A DNA stretch of 57,371 nucleotides, the filler included, from Dirinaria sp. TL-2023a (taxonomy: Eukaryota): assembly GCA_051941275.1 (NCBI GenBank). It is 3 parts of 3 records of this genome, joined end to end, with 100 filler letters (N's around TTAATTAATTAA, not from the genome) between each part and the next. Parts side by side here need not be neighbours in the genome. Positions count along the whole stretch, not along the records: positions 19,175 to 38,223 come from JAVEBF010000355.1; 2 more parts are not named here. One strand, written 5' to 3'. Shown here one piece after another: positions 21,333 through 35,300 of the stretch (its first letter is position 1; each line of letters starts with the position of its first letter). The notes beneath the pieces were generated by a model that saw only the letters and a list, made by a program, of their open reading frames with translations, had not been told where the DNA came from and made no database searches. A program made the translations under genes and the position numbers.

Positions 21333-23397
21333 ATGGGCCCCTGGGGTCTACAAGCCTCTTGTGCAGCTCTGCTGGCATTCACCTCCACAGTATCCGCTTT
21401 CTACCTACCAGGCGTTGCACCAACATCATACAGCAAGGGCGCTCGCGTGCCTCTCAATGTTAATCGATTGACACCCGCAGAATCAGACAAGGATAGCCAA
21501 CTCCACAATGTGTTCTCGTTTGACTATTACCATCGAGCCTTCCGCTTCTGCAGACCCGAGGGGGAACCAAAGTATGTATCTGAATCTTTGGGCAGCATAC
21601 TGTTCGGGGATCGCATCATGTCCTCGCCATTCGAATTGAAGATGATGGAGAACGAGACTTGTAAAGCTCTCTGCGCCACGCAGCAGTTCGATGAGCGGAG
21701 CGCGAAGTTTGTGAATAGACGAATCTTTCAAAATTACCACCTGAATTGGCTTGTGGATGCGCTGCCTGCTGGGTTGCCCTATACAGATCTATCTACGAAC
21801 ACTGAGTTCTTCCAACGAGGCTTTCCGTTGGGTCAAGTGAACCAGAATCAGGACCAAGCTTATTTGAATAATCACTACGATATCATGGTTGATTATCACG
21901 AAGCAGGCAAGGACCAGTACAGGGTCGTTGGGGTCATGGTCTACCCCTACTCACGGGCGGACAACAAGAATCTTGGAGATGGCAGAGCGGAATGCGGCAG
22001 CAATTCAGAAGACACACCGCACGTTAAACTAGATGAAAAGGGCAATACGGAAGTGACATGGACGTACGGGATATACTGGAGACCATCAAAGACTGCGTGG
22101 GCGACTCGTTGGGACCCCTATCTGCATGTCTATGATCCAAAGATCCATTGGTTTTCATTGATCAACTCGGCTATAATTGTCGTCTTCCTTGTCGGTATGG
22201 TAGCGGCCATCCTTATGAGGGCTTTGAAGAAAGATATTGCGAGGTACAACCGGCTTGAATCATTCAACTTAGACGATCTCTCAGGAGCGGACGGCGCTGC
22301 AGAAGACAGTATTCAAGAAGACTCTGGTTGGAAGCTTGTTCATGGAGACGTTTTTAGACAACCTGCAAGACCCCTTCTGCTGAGTGTTCTCCTGGGCAAT
22401 GGCTCACAGCTCTTCGTCATTACGGCGACTACAATCATCTTTGCGCTTTTCGGCTTCCTTTCGCCGTCCAATCGAGGCTCGCTTGGCACAATTATGATCT
22501 TGTTGTGGACGATCTTCGGCTTCGTGGGTGGCTACGTCTCTTCGCGAACCTACAAGACCTTCGGCGGTGATGCGTGGAAGCAGAACATAGCACTGACTCC
22601 GATCTTGGTTCCCGGCATCGTCTTCGCAACCTTTTTCCTTCTAAATCTTTTCCTATGGGCCAAAGGATCGAGCGGCGCCGTACCCTTTACAACCATGCTC
22701 GTCATCCTAGGCATCTGGTTTGTCATCAGTCTTCCGCTTAGCTTCGCAGGCAGCTGGATGGGTTTCAAGCATGCTGTGAGTTGCGCTATTCCTAGCACTG
22801 AGTCCAAGACCCACTGATACTTTGCAGCCTGTGCAACCCCCTGTCCGCGTCAATCAAATCCCGCGCCAGATCCCTCCCCCAACAACCTATCTTCGGCCCA
22901 TCCCGTCTATGCTCCTGGTCGGCATCCTCCCTTTTGGCGCCATCTTCGTGGAGCTCTTCTTCATTTTAAACAACATTTGGTTCGGCAAAGTGTACTACAT
23001 GTTCGGCTTCCTCTTCCTCTGCTACGGCATCATGACCATCACCTGCGCCGCCGTGACCATCCTTCTCGTCTACTTCCTCCTGTGCGCGGAGAATTACCAC
23101 TGGCAGTGGAGAGCCTTCCTATGTGCGGGTGCAAGCGCGGGTTATGTGTTCCTGAACGCGATGCTGTACTGGGTTAGTAAGCTGAAGTTCGGAAGTTTTA
23201 CTAGTGGGGTGTTGTATGTCGGCTACAGCGCGTTGTTGAGCTTCCTGTTCTTTATTTTGACTGGTAAGTCCCTCAATATCTCTGCGTCGGGAACTATCGA
23301 TCCAAGACTGGGCTGACGAGATGCAACAGGCACTATCGGCTTCTTCTCGAGTTGGACCTTCGTGCACCGGATATACGGTTCTATCAAAATCGATTGA
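21333..23397 (+). CDS. emp70: Transmembrane 9 superfamily (nonaspanin, Emp70/Tmn) protein
   Basis: Signal peptide then FYLPGVAP, SESLGSILFGDRI, IHWFSLINS, GWKLVHGDVFR, GFLSPSNRG, PVRVNQIPRQIP, ENYHWQWRAF; ends SIKID. Introns 22776-22827 and 23264-23329. Confidence 0.95.
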
Positions 23398-25152
23398 GAG
23401 GGTGTGAGGATAATATTGTAGCATTAGTGTAGCGGATGGAGATACCTTGACAAAGTTTATACTTTTTATATTGGCCAGCGTGCCAGCATCGTCATGGACT
23501 TTGTACGGCGTTGTAATTGGCTAGCGAAAGTAGAAAGTAGAAATGGGCTTTGACGAAGGAGGAGTAGGTAGGAGCATGAAATAGGTGGGACCACTCGATT
23601 TACAAAGGCAACTGTCGAGCGGCTGGCCTGTCTATACGCCCATCTTACCTTACGTCTTCGAGGTCCTTTTTTAAAAAAAAGTCAAGAGAAGCGATTCTGA
23701 ATTTCAATTCAACCTACGCGGCTACTTCATCACCATCCGGATCTTCTAGCCTTATTGCAAGATACAATTCCTTCCTAGTCCATGTTTCCCCCATTCGGGT
23801 GTTCAATTCCCTTTGAGGTTATGTTACTCACGAATACTTGAATCATAACTCCGTTCTAATGAAGGATATTTGTGGGTGTTCAGTCGATCAAGCTGCACCT
23901 GAAAAAGCTTTTAAAGCACTTGAATTTCCCAAGTAAACCAGCGTTCTCTTCATGGTTTCTCTGTGGTTTTTTGCCTTTTGGAGAGGATTGACGGATTAGG
24001 CATGCTGTAAAGGCAGGCAGGAGCTAGGCGAGGCAAGAAGAAAGGCGTTAGACATTGCGTGGGCGAATGAAATCTGTTCTGCCCACAAAACGGGTAGAAG
24101 ATGAAGATTGCATTAATATCAGTTTTAAAGGAGATTCCGAAGAAGAGTTCAATGATATTGGTAGCTCTAATATTGAAGACGTAGATAGTCTTAGAATATG
24201 ATTGCAAGAGTTCGCTTGGAAGGAGTGGTGTTAGTATTGATTCAATGAGCGAAGACTGATTAACGGCTTCTACCATAGAGGGTGCGCGCCCCTCGTTTGG
24301 CACAATGTCGATCATCGTCGCAACTTATTGAATAAGGGTGGGTCATTCGACATTACGCTGATCGTACTCTGAAAGCGATAATGAATAGTCTTCAGTCCGC
24401 AGCGATAATAGTGTGAGCTCTCAAACCTTCTTCCAACCAACACTAAGGGTTTTCGCATATTACAGCATGGTGCTTGTTCCTCTCGGAGCTTAGTAGACCC
24501 TCCAAAAAGTACATCAGATCTGCAACGCCATCGTCGTCTTGCGGCGTCAGTCAGGTGTGGCGTGGTTATACCGAATCCGGAGTTTAGACTTTATCATTCG
24601 GTGGTGGGTTCTCTTCTAAGAAGTGCCTTCGCAGCGTGAAAATGATTGGCACAATTTTGCACTGCATGAATACTATCAAAGCATATGACCACAAAGACTG
24701 TACACAACAATATCTCTTCAATAAGTGCAGATACACCAGTGTGAGGCATGATACGCCGGAAAGGGAGCCGGAGCCAAGGGTCTAAGCTGATTTCGGGTGG
24801 GCAGCAGTGGAATGAGCCGCGCCACCAAAGCGCCCCTGAAACCTCGACCTTGTCTGACTCGGCCCCCTCCCCCCCAAACCCGCCCTCCTTCACCCACTTC
24901 TCTTCTCTCTTGTTGTCATTCTTTTCATGCAAAGTCGTTCTTTACCATACATGTAGCTGGAGCAGGTCTCTGCTCAAAACTCAACTCGGTGAACCAGCTC
25001 CACTCATTCGGCTGGTCCCAAGTCCCCTCCTTCCGCTTTGTACCGTGCCTTCTCTTATCAACTTCAGCCGACTTCCTGTTCAAGCGATATATCCGTGCGA
25101 ATACCTTCAAGCGACTTCCGAATTGCTTTATTATCCGCACTCGCCAACAATC

Positions 25153-28100
25153 ATGGATACAGAATTGGCCCATTGTTCGACTGCTGAAGACGCCATATCT
25201 TCTCACAAAACTGATGGCCCCGTCGAATGTACTGCCCGTAGCCAGCACTCCACGGGCTCGATGGTTACCATCAGGCTGTCGGATCCTGTAGTGCCATCCG
25301 ACACTGACGTGTCGCGCCCTGGCTCAACTGTAGAGGTGGAGGCTCTCGAAGAGTTTCCTAAGATGGTGGACTGGAATAATTCCAAGGCAGTAGAAAGCAA
25401 CAGTGCTCTATACGAACACCAGGCCCCTATGCTGGAGGAGGAAGCCACCATAGCCCAGAGCATACATCAAGAATCTGTAACGCCTTCACAACGAGAGTCT
25501 ACATTAACAACGCTCAGTGCCATCGAGGATGGCACCTCTGACACAACCACGCCAATGTCAATTCGCTCCCGAAGTGACAGCACTGGCACATTCTCGTCAA
25601 TTGCTAGTGCACATGTTGATTGGGATGAACTGGACAGAAGTGAAGAGCAGGCGCCCCGTGATGAGGGATCCGATGAGGTACGTTGAAGTGAATGCTCGGC
25701 TTGTGATTTCATTACATTGACAAGCATCCTAAGTCTACTGCCTTTCTTCTTGCAAGACTCGAACAAGAGAACAACGCACTCGTCACAGATCCCAAAGCAG
25801 CTGTATCCAAAAACGCCAGGGGCAGGGCCAAAACTCGGCCACCGTCGATTCAGCATCTCCAAAAGCTGGTAAATGAGCCAGTAAAGCCTTCTCTTCGCTA
25901 TTCCCTTGTGCAACAACCACCTCCGATGACGGAATTGGAATTCTGGACTGCTCTGGTCGTCGATTATCCCCAAACCGCTCAACGGCTTCCAACCTTAACA
26001 TCCAATAAGATCAGGAGCGGGATACCACCTCCTTTACGCGGAGTTGTTTGGATGAGCATTACAGGAGCGCGAGAGCGCTTGTTGGAAGATGAATATGAGA
26101 GGCTATGTGGAGAAACAAGCCCCTACGAAGGCCTTATTGGCAAAGACATTGGGCGTAGCTTCCCGAATGTTGAGATGTTCCGTGACCCTGCGGGCGAGGG
26201 TCAACAGATGCTTGCCAAAGTACTGAAATGCTTCAGTCTTTATGATGAAAAGATCGGTTATTGCCAAGGCCTAGGATTTGTGGTGGGCCCATTGCTCATG
26301 CACATGGACGACAAAGAAGCATTCTGTGTGCTCGTCAGGTAAAGCTTTTTCCAAGCTCATCAATGAAATCCGCTAGCTTAGACTGACCCTACGCAGACTA
26401 ATGGAACACTATGACCTGAGATCATGTTTCTTACCCGATCTCTCGGGGCTTCATCTTCGCATCTATCAATTCCAACAGCTGCTATCCCGACATCTGCCAC
26501 GCTTGACTGCTCACCTCGAATGCCTACAAATCGAACCACTCTACGTTTCGCAATGGTTTCTCTCCTTTTTCGCCGTAACCTGTCCTCTTCCGATGCTTAT
26601 CAGAATATATGATGTTATCCTGACTGAGGGCGCTTCAGAAACTCTCATGCGAGTGGCATTATCTTTGATGCGGAGGAATAATGATAGAATTCTCAAATGC
26701 ACCGAAATCGAGGATGTCATGCAGCTTCTCCTTTCCAGAGAGCTATGGGACACCTATGGATCCAATGCTGATGATTTGGTTAACGATTTCGTCGGCCTTA
26801 CAGGGCTTGTGACACGAGACAGTCTCGAGTCACTTGAGCGTAATTTCAGGCAAGGGCGTACAGAAGATCCAGCTTCCGAAGCTGCAGCTGTACCGAGCGT
26901 GCAAGCCGCCGCGTCACGATTTTTAGGACGGTTCTGGTCAGGATCGGGAACGACTGGAAAAGTCACATCTCCTGGCCTCACGTTCGCCGGAGCGAATCTC
27001 GCCGTGTCGGGTTCTTCGCGCCCTTCTTCTTTCTTGCGCCGGACACCATCCAAGCAAAGCATGGCCTCCACACTCAACTCCATCGAGAGTTCAGATAGTC
27101 ATTTAAGCGCAGCATCTACCGAAGCAACTACGATGTCAAGAAACCCTTCTGATAATATATTGATAAAGCCAATGAAAGTTTCCAGCGATTATCTCCCACC
27201 GAGCTCAGGTGCCAAAAACAAGGACAAAGATCTTCATAGCCAGATCGAGGATTTGTTGACTGCATTGAGCGACATGCAACGGGAGCAAAATATCTTGGCC
27301 AATGAGCTGCAGAAGGAGCGTGAAGGACGCGAAGAAGACCGGGCAATAGTTCGGCGCTTAGTTGAGAAGGGACAGCAAACTTCACCTACTGATCAGCCCG
27401 CATTGTCCGAGACTAATACGAACGCTCTTACACAGCAAGCTCCGGAAGCGGCTGGAGTGATCGACGCGCCCCAGTTGACCAGTGTTGAAACAGCACTCTT
27501 GAACGAGGTAGCAGATCGATTTGAGATTGCGAAGAGCAAAAGGGCTTCGATCGTCCAGACCAAACTTGAATTACAGGAAGACGTGAAGTTGTGGAAGTAT
27601 CAGTACGAAGTTGAGACCGTCAAGAGCGCAGAACTGCTACGGCAATTGACCGATCAAGAAGCTGAAAACGCTCGTCTCACTGAGCAATTCCGTGATGCTC
27701 GGACGCGGGTGCAGGAGACACATCAAGACAAGCAGCGGCTTGAGCAGGTGGTGCAAGACCTCAAAGCTCGTTGCTCATCGATGGCTGAACCTGGGTCTGA
27801 AGGCAACGATCCGTCGGACGTGCCAGAATCCAAGTTTTCTGTACTGAGTGGTCTTCGCGAATTCAAACTAGGCAGGCCCAGCCCACATCGTTCACCGCAG
27901 TCCTCGCCTACATTCGCCAAGCGCACAAGCAGCCTCAACATGCAAGCCGTGCTGGCGACGGAAGACCACAAGCCTGCCGCAGAGGAGGCTCTGCTGCTTG
28001 AACTTGTCAACTCGAAGACATCCGAAGCAGTTGCTCGGCAAGAGCTCGAAGAAGTCAAAGGCAAGCTGGATAGCCTCCGAAAGATGCTTGGCGTCAACAC

Positions 28101-28308
28101 CACTCCCGCCACGGTCAGCGGTCATCGGCCGAGTCCGAGTGAGCCTTGTGTCGCAAAGAGCGCGAGCATGGCCAGCTCCACTTCTTCCCGAACCCCTGCT
28201 CAGGTGGGCGAGAAGCTGACACCGCCCTCGTCGACCACAGGCGGCTTTTTCAGCGGGTGGGGTAGAAGGGCGCCTTCCAACCCCGCTGTTCCATTGGCAA
28301 GCCAATGA
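25153..28308 (+). CDS. gyp5: TBC-domain Rab GTPase-activating protein with C-terminal coiled coil (Gyp5/EVI5-like)
   Basis: GIPPPLRGVVW, IGKDIGRSFP (Arg finger), GYCQG (Gln finger), SQWFLSFF. Introns 25678-25733 and 26339-26396. Confidence 0.88.
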
Positions 28309-28891
28309 CGGTCCCCGAGGATGACGTTCGGTGGTTTTGACTGGATATACGAAGCACGCTCCCCGCAAATCGACGTTGGAGAATCTGTATGGCTCATAAA
28401 ACCGCATGTGCAGGGTGACCGCAAATCATCATCAGGTGAACCACTGGGGCCGATTTCGTTGTCGAAGATAAGCCTTTAATGGAGGTCTAACTTGTATATA
28501 GCAGCATTTGACGGGAATTGATCTGAGTAGCGTCCCGCATGAGATTGGGGAGTCTAGAGCCTTCTGCTGACCACCGGTGGAGTCGAGTACGCAACCTCCA
28601 TGTCGGTGAGATTATTGCGTCTCCTTTTGCCTTGTAATGATGCCCCGCGCTCTTTCCCATTCCATAGCACGCCTACCAGGGCTACGTGCATTCAATAATA
28701 CTTGGCAGAGTTGGCGACGATTGTGGCGCACAGCAAAGTTTATAGCTTACTTTACAGTGAAAGAAGTTGATCGCTACCTGCATCAAGGTACCCGGCAGTA
28801 CAGTACATAAGGTAAGGTACAAGCCCTGTAACTACCTACCATACCATAAGGTAGTACATAGGTAACAGCAACTGAACATTCTGGACCCTGT

Positions 28892-28907
28892 TGTGTGTGT
28901 GTGTGTG
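28892..28907. repeat. (TG)n microsatellite
   Basis: tgtgtgtgtgtgtgtg, read directly. Confidence 0.8.
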
Positions 28908-29579
28908 GTTGTGGTAGGTCGATTGCCTTATTATTCTCATACTCCACTCCGTACTCTCCTACTGTCCAGCACTTCCATTTACCCTGTTTTACTTACTTAA
29001 CTTACTTTACCTACTGTACCTCCCCCCATCTGCAGCGTGTCGTGGTCTTACCGTGCGGAACCCCGAAGAAAAGCTGAAAAAGCGCCCCCGCACCGCTGAT
29101 CCCTGCCGCCCTGCACGTGGTACTTTATGTAGGAGTTTCTGCACCCGGGGATAGTTATCCACATCCATTCATAACCCCGGGTAACAACACATTCCTTGGC
29201 ATCCCTCGACACTTTCATTGGCTTCTTTTCATTAACAAGGTACAGCATCTTACTTTACTTGCTCATTGCCTCCATGTCTATTGTTCCTTCACATTCCCAA
29301 TCCTCCTTCCTCTACTGCTCCTTACCTTACATAAGTACTTACAGTACCTACATGGAGGTAGTCTACCTGAGCCAATCGGCGCTTCGTTACTATTCCGTGT
29401 GAAGTGTGCACCCTTCCTTCGTTCTGGGCCCTTCTGGGTGTGTCAGGGGTCAGCTGCATGAGCATCCTGCAGCATGTCAGATCTCTATTGCCCCGACTTC
29501 TCTTATCTTGACTGAATAAAGCCCGAGAATCTGGCCCATCTCTCAACCGTCTTTCTTCAGACCACGACAATTCGCAAAC

Positions 29580-31698
29580 ATGGAGATGAACTATGATGAA
29601 ACGGTACTGCCGCAGCAGCTCTGCATCCCTGATTTTATAGGAGATCGGTCACTGACACACAATGGCAGACGCTCCACCAGCTGGAGCAGGAGCTCAATGT
29701 TCAACTCGTACCTGGTACCGAGGTGCGCGTTCTATCGTCGACTCGATGGTCAGCGCTCACAACGAGTTAGGTCATGGTCGATGTTGGTACGCATCACTTT
29801 GTCAAGTCTTCCGAAAAATCCGAAACTGTACTCGTCCCTCAACCTTCCGATGACCCTCATGATCCACTGGTATGTTACAGGTCTCTGGCCCTTCTGCTTC
29901 CCAACCATGCCTATAATCCAGAAGCATTCGCCTGACGTCCATGATTCCATCTAGAACTGGAGCCCGTTTTGGAAGTTCTCATGCCTTGCGGCTAGCACAG
30001 CCGTTTCAGTTACACAGGCTATGATCCCACTGTCTTTGGCGCCCATGTTTCCCGAGCTCATCAAGTCCTTCGATTCCAACCTTCCCGACGTGATCCAGTT
30101 TACCGGAGTATCTATCCTGGTCCTGGGCTTCAGCAACTTCATTTGGTATGCCAACCTACTTAACTCAAGCGCTACAGGCAGACTTATCAAAGACTTTAAG
30201 GGTACCGCTCAGCACTTCTTTCGGCCGTCGACCTGTTTACTTGGCGTCTACCTTGATATGCTTCGGCAGCACCATTTGGAGAGCTAAAGCGACGACTTAC
30301 GGTAGTTTCATGGGAGCGTGTGTACTCAATGGGATCGGCGCTGGGCCTGGAGAGGTAAATGATCTATGTTATGGCTTCGAATGTGGCTTTGCCATGCGAG
30401 ATTTGTCGCTGATCAATTGACCAGACCCTACAACCTAATGTGATTGCCGACATCATGTTCTTGCATGAGAGAGGTACATACAATACGCTGTATTTCGCTT
30501 TCTACTTTGGATCAATCGCTGTAAGCGTTGATGCTGCTATTTGATGAAAGCATTTTCTGACTCTGTACGAGGTTGGCCCTATCATCGCCGGAGCCATGGC
30601 CGAATACTCTAGCTGGCGTAACTTCTGGTGGCTTGATGTCGCTCTACTGGGTGTAACGTTCTTCATGGTTCTCTTCGGTTTTCCGGAAACAAAGTGGCAC
30701 CGCAAACATCCTGACGAGCTACAAGCCATACGGCCAAGCGAATCCCAACCTGGGTCAGATGAGAAGATCGCCGAAGCGACCATTGAGCATGCTGAGTCGG
30801 CCAAAGTGACGAAATTGCCAGGCCTTACTCAATCGGAAACTGCTCACCAAGATCCTTACTTGCATAGAGGAGGACCAAGCAAGCAACAGTTCAAGTTGTT
30901 CCAAGCCAACAGGCACCCCTTCCAGAGCATGCTACTCGACATATGGATTCCCGTCAAACTCTTCACTTTCCCAATAATCCAATTCGCCTCGTTCGTCGTT
31001 TCTTGGAGCGCTTCCTGTTTCCTGACCCTCAATCTCACCCAGGCACAGGTCTTCTCAGAACCGCCCTATAGATTCAAGACACTCTTCGTCGGCTTCACTA
31101 ATTTCGCCGTTCTTGTCGGGATGTTTATCGGGCTTTTCACGGCTGGACCTCTAAGTGATTGGATCAGTATGCGACTCACAAAGCGGAACAGGGGTATCAG
31201 AGAGCCGGAAATGCGATTGCTGACTATGATTCCCTACGTGCTCATCATGATCATTGGAAACTTCGTCGTTGCTTATGGCTATCAAAACCGAATGAGTTGG
31301 AAGGTAGGCCAAAGCCATCCCCAACCTTTTATTGGTCTTGCTGGGTTTTCAATTTCATCAGGCTTACTGATCGCAATTTATAGCCAATTGTCATTGTCGG
31401 ATATACTTTTGCTGGCATCCAAGTCGCCGCTCTGCCAGCCATTGCTTCAACTTACGCGGTCGACTCGTACAAACCTGTGGCGGGCTCGATCTTCTTGAGT
31501 ATCACGGTCAACAAGAACCTGTGGGGCTATGGGTTTTCAAAGTTCATTACTCCGTGGACTGAAAAGAGTGGCTTTGTCAAGCCAATCATGACGAACATGA
31601 CTTTGGTCACTCTATGGTGCCTGTGCGGTATCATCTTCTGGTTTTTTGGGAAGAGATTCAGGACCTGGTCAAGGAATAGCTCGGTACATAGGATGTAA
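29580..31698 (+). CDS. Major facilitator superfamily transporter (HOL1-like)
   Basis: Multi-exon. LVPQPSDDPHDPL|NWS, FGRRPVYL, IADIMFLHERG, FGFPETKW, GPLSDW..RNRGIREPEMRL, TYAVDSYKP. Confidence 0.88.
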
Positions 31699-32361
31699 GG
31701 CTTGGACTTAAAGTGAAGGGCCAAGTGAGGGCACAGTTGAGGGCATCTGCTAGTGGGTGCAAATTGGAACTCCGAGGTTCCTACATTGCACGGATGTAAA
31801 CGCGTGACCCAAAAGTGTCTTTGCTCTTCTTAGGCCAGTGAACATTAGACTAGTCAGTATCCTATTTAAGCATTTATTTTATCCTCATAAAGTACCATCG
31901 ATAGGGGACTTTGTGCTCAGAAAAGGGATGCTTGTTTAGTGTCCTCATTCTCGCCTCGACATTATCAAACTAACGTAGGTATAGAAACCTAAGGTATAGT
32001 CTGCGTACTAATATTTACTGCAAGATGTTGTAGGTATGTACGTTACCTTACTTTACTTCACCTTAAGTACCCTCCAGGTTGGATCGACACCTTCCAGGGT
32101 TGCTTCAGGGCAATTTGGCCAATAAGGTACTAAGGTACTGCTTCAGTCTGCTTGACTCGACCAAGCAAGCTAGTACCCTTCAGGCTAGCGTGACCTTATC
32201 ATCCGCGTACAAGTAAACAAAAACAACCACGACCGAGAGACGCATCAACCGGTAATACTACCTAACATTACCGCTCTTTTATCTAGAAATCTCCTACCCG
32301 CCTCCATCTCCTTTTAGACGTGCAGCGTTGTGTAGTGAGCTCCTCTCAGAGGGTTATAATC

Positions 32362-35300
32362 ATGGACGATTCGATAGTCGACTCAGTCTTCGACGACGGG
32401 GATGATTCTGACGCTTTTTCACCAGCACCGGCAACCGTGAGTGATGACCCTGACATCATTTCCAAACGAAGTCATCTAATAAATCACTGCCTTCGCGTAG
32501 AAAGCCAAGCCGAAAGCAAAAGCAGCTGCTCCCAAAGCTGCACCCAAAAAAGCTGCAGCCCCTAAGGTCGCGCCGAAGAAGATGTCACAAAGTACCTTGA
32601 AGCCTAAAGCAAAGAGTACCGCGTCGAAGAAGCGACCAAAGCCCGATACAGAGGACGAAGATTCGACCCCAGAACGCGACTCCATACACGATGATACTCT
32701 GCTATCGAACACACCGCCGAGCAATAAGAAACAGAAGAAGGCTCCACCACCAAAGAAGAGCGCGACGAGCGTTCTGAAAGAGATCGAGAACGAAGCATTG
32801 AATTTGGATGGCGGTAGTGAGGCCAATGGGAAGAAGAGCACGAACGTCTCCGATCAGTACCAGAAGGTCAGATACCACACCAGAATAGCTGTCTGGCCCA
32901 GTAGATGCTGACCCGTCTGATCTAGCTCACTCAACTGGAGCATATCATAAAGCGACCGGACACGTACATTGGGTCTGTAGAGCGTACAGAGAAGCAGATG
33001 TGGGTTTATAATACCGAGATGGATTCAATGGAATCAAGGGAAGTCAGTTTTGTACCCGGACTTTACAAGATTTTCGACGAGATCCTCGTCAATGCGGCCG
33101 ATAACAAACAGCGTGACAAAAATATGGACACCATTAGGGTGACAATTGACCGAGAGAAAGGTGAAATCAGCGTCTACAACAACGGACGCGGTATTCCGAT
33201 CGAGATACATGACAAAGAGAAGGTTTACATACCCGAGATGATCTTCGGCCATCTGCTGGCGGGCTCGAACTTCAACGACGAACAAGAAAAGGTCACGGGA
33301 GGTCGAAACGGATACGGTGCCAAGCTGTGTAACATCTTCAGCACAGAATTCCTACTGGAGACTGCGGATGGGAAGACCAAGCAGAAATACAAGCAAAGGT
33401 GGTCAAAGAACATGAGCCAGATGAGCAAAGCTTCGATCGTTCCTAACAAGGGTGATGATTATACGAAAATAACCTTTACGCCAGACTTCTCAAAGTTCAA
33501 AATGGATGGCATGGACGACGACTTTGAGGCACTGGTCAAGCGACGAGTCTACGACTTGGCTGGGACTAGTCGGGGTGTCAAGGTATGGCTCAATGGTGAT
33601 CGCGTCAAGGTCAATACTTTCAAGAAATATATGGAGATGTATACCAAGGCTATCAAGCGTGAGCGAGGCGAAGAGGCGGTCAACGACGCCTCTGAGATCA
33701 TTACAGAATCTACTGATCCTCGGTGGGAGATTGGCTTCGCGGTTTCAGACGGAACCTTTCAGCAGGTCTCCTTCGTCAACTCTATTGCGACTACGTCTGG
33801 CGGGACGCATGTCAATTACATCACGGACCAGATATGTACGAAACTGATGGATATTGTTAAACGGAGAAGCAAGAAAGAAGGTGGAGCCCAGCTCAAGCCT
33901 GCACAAATTCGCAACCATATCTTCATTTTCGTCAACTCCCTAATCGTCAATCCTGCTTTCACGTCTCAGACGAAGGAACAGCTGACTACGAAAGCGAGCC
34001 AATTTGGTAGTAAGTGCACTGTCAGCGATGATTTCCTCAAGAAGATCGCCAAGACGGAAGTGGTCAACAATATTTTACATTTCGCGCAGCAAAAGGCGGA
34101 CCAAATCCTCAAAAAGAGCGATGGCGGACGTCGAAACCGGATGGACAACCCCAAGCTTACAGACGCAAATAAAGCTGGGACTAAGGATGGCTACAAGTGC
34201 ACGCTCATCTTGACTGAAGGAGACTCAGCCAAAGGTTTAGCTATTGCGGGTCGATCGGTCGTCTCTCCAGACCTTTTTGGCGTTTTCCCTCTCCGAGGTA
34301 AACTACTTAACGTGCGCGATGCCTCTGTGGATGCCATTTCAAAGAATGCGGAGATACAGAACATCAAGAATTTTCTTGGCCTAAAGCACAAGACACAGTA
34401 CACAGACTGCAAGAGCTTACGTTACGGCCATCTCATGATCATGACGGACCAAGATCATGATGGCAGCCATATCAAAGGTCTCCTGATAAATTTCTTGCAA
34501 GTCCAGTATCCAAGTCTTCTTAGGATACCTGAATTCCTGGTAGAATTCATCACGCCTATTGTCAAAGTGTACAAGGGTGATCCGAAGCGCCCGAGGCAGT
34601 CCCAAGCTTTCTTCACCATGCCTGAGTATGAGCTGTGGAAAGAGCAGCACAAGGATGAGCGTGGCTGGGAGCACAAGTACTACAAGGGTTTAGGTACAAG
34701 TACTACTGAAGACGCTCAGATGTACTTCCGAGACCTTGATAAGCACCTTAAGGAGTTCCATACAATGCAAGACAACGAGCCTGAACTCATTGAGCTTGCC
34801 TTTTCGAAGAAGAAGGCCGACGAGCGAAAGGAATGGCTTCGCCAATTCAGGCCAGGCACGTATCTAGATCATTCGACTAGGAATGTCTCTTACACCGATT
34901 TCATCAATAAGGAGCTGATCCTGTTCAGTATGGCCGATAACCTTCGTTCCATACCTTCGGTCGTGGACGGGTTGAAGCCTGGACAACGGAAAGTCCTCTT
35001 TACCTGCTTCAAGCGGAACTTGAAAAAGGATATGAAAGTTGTTGAGCTGGCTGGATCAGTTTCTGGGCTTACAGCGTATCAGCATGGAGAAACGTCCCTG
35101 CAAATGACCATCGTCGGTCTTGCCCAGACATTCGTGGGTTCAAATAACATCAACTGCCTCGAGCCGTCTGGCAATTTCGGTAGTCGTCTCCAGGGTGGTA
35201 GCGATTGTGCGAGTGCTCGTTACATCTATACTCGGCTGTCACCATTTGCACGGAAGGTCTTCCACCCAGCAGATGAAGCGCTGCTAACGTACAATACGGA

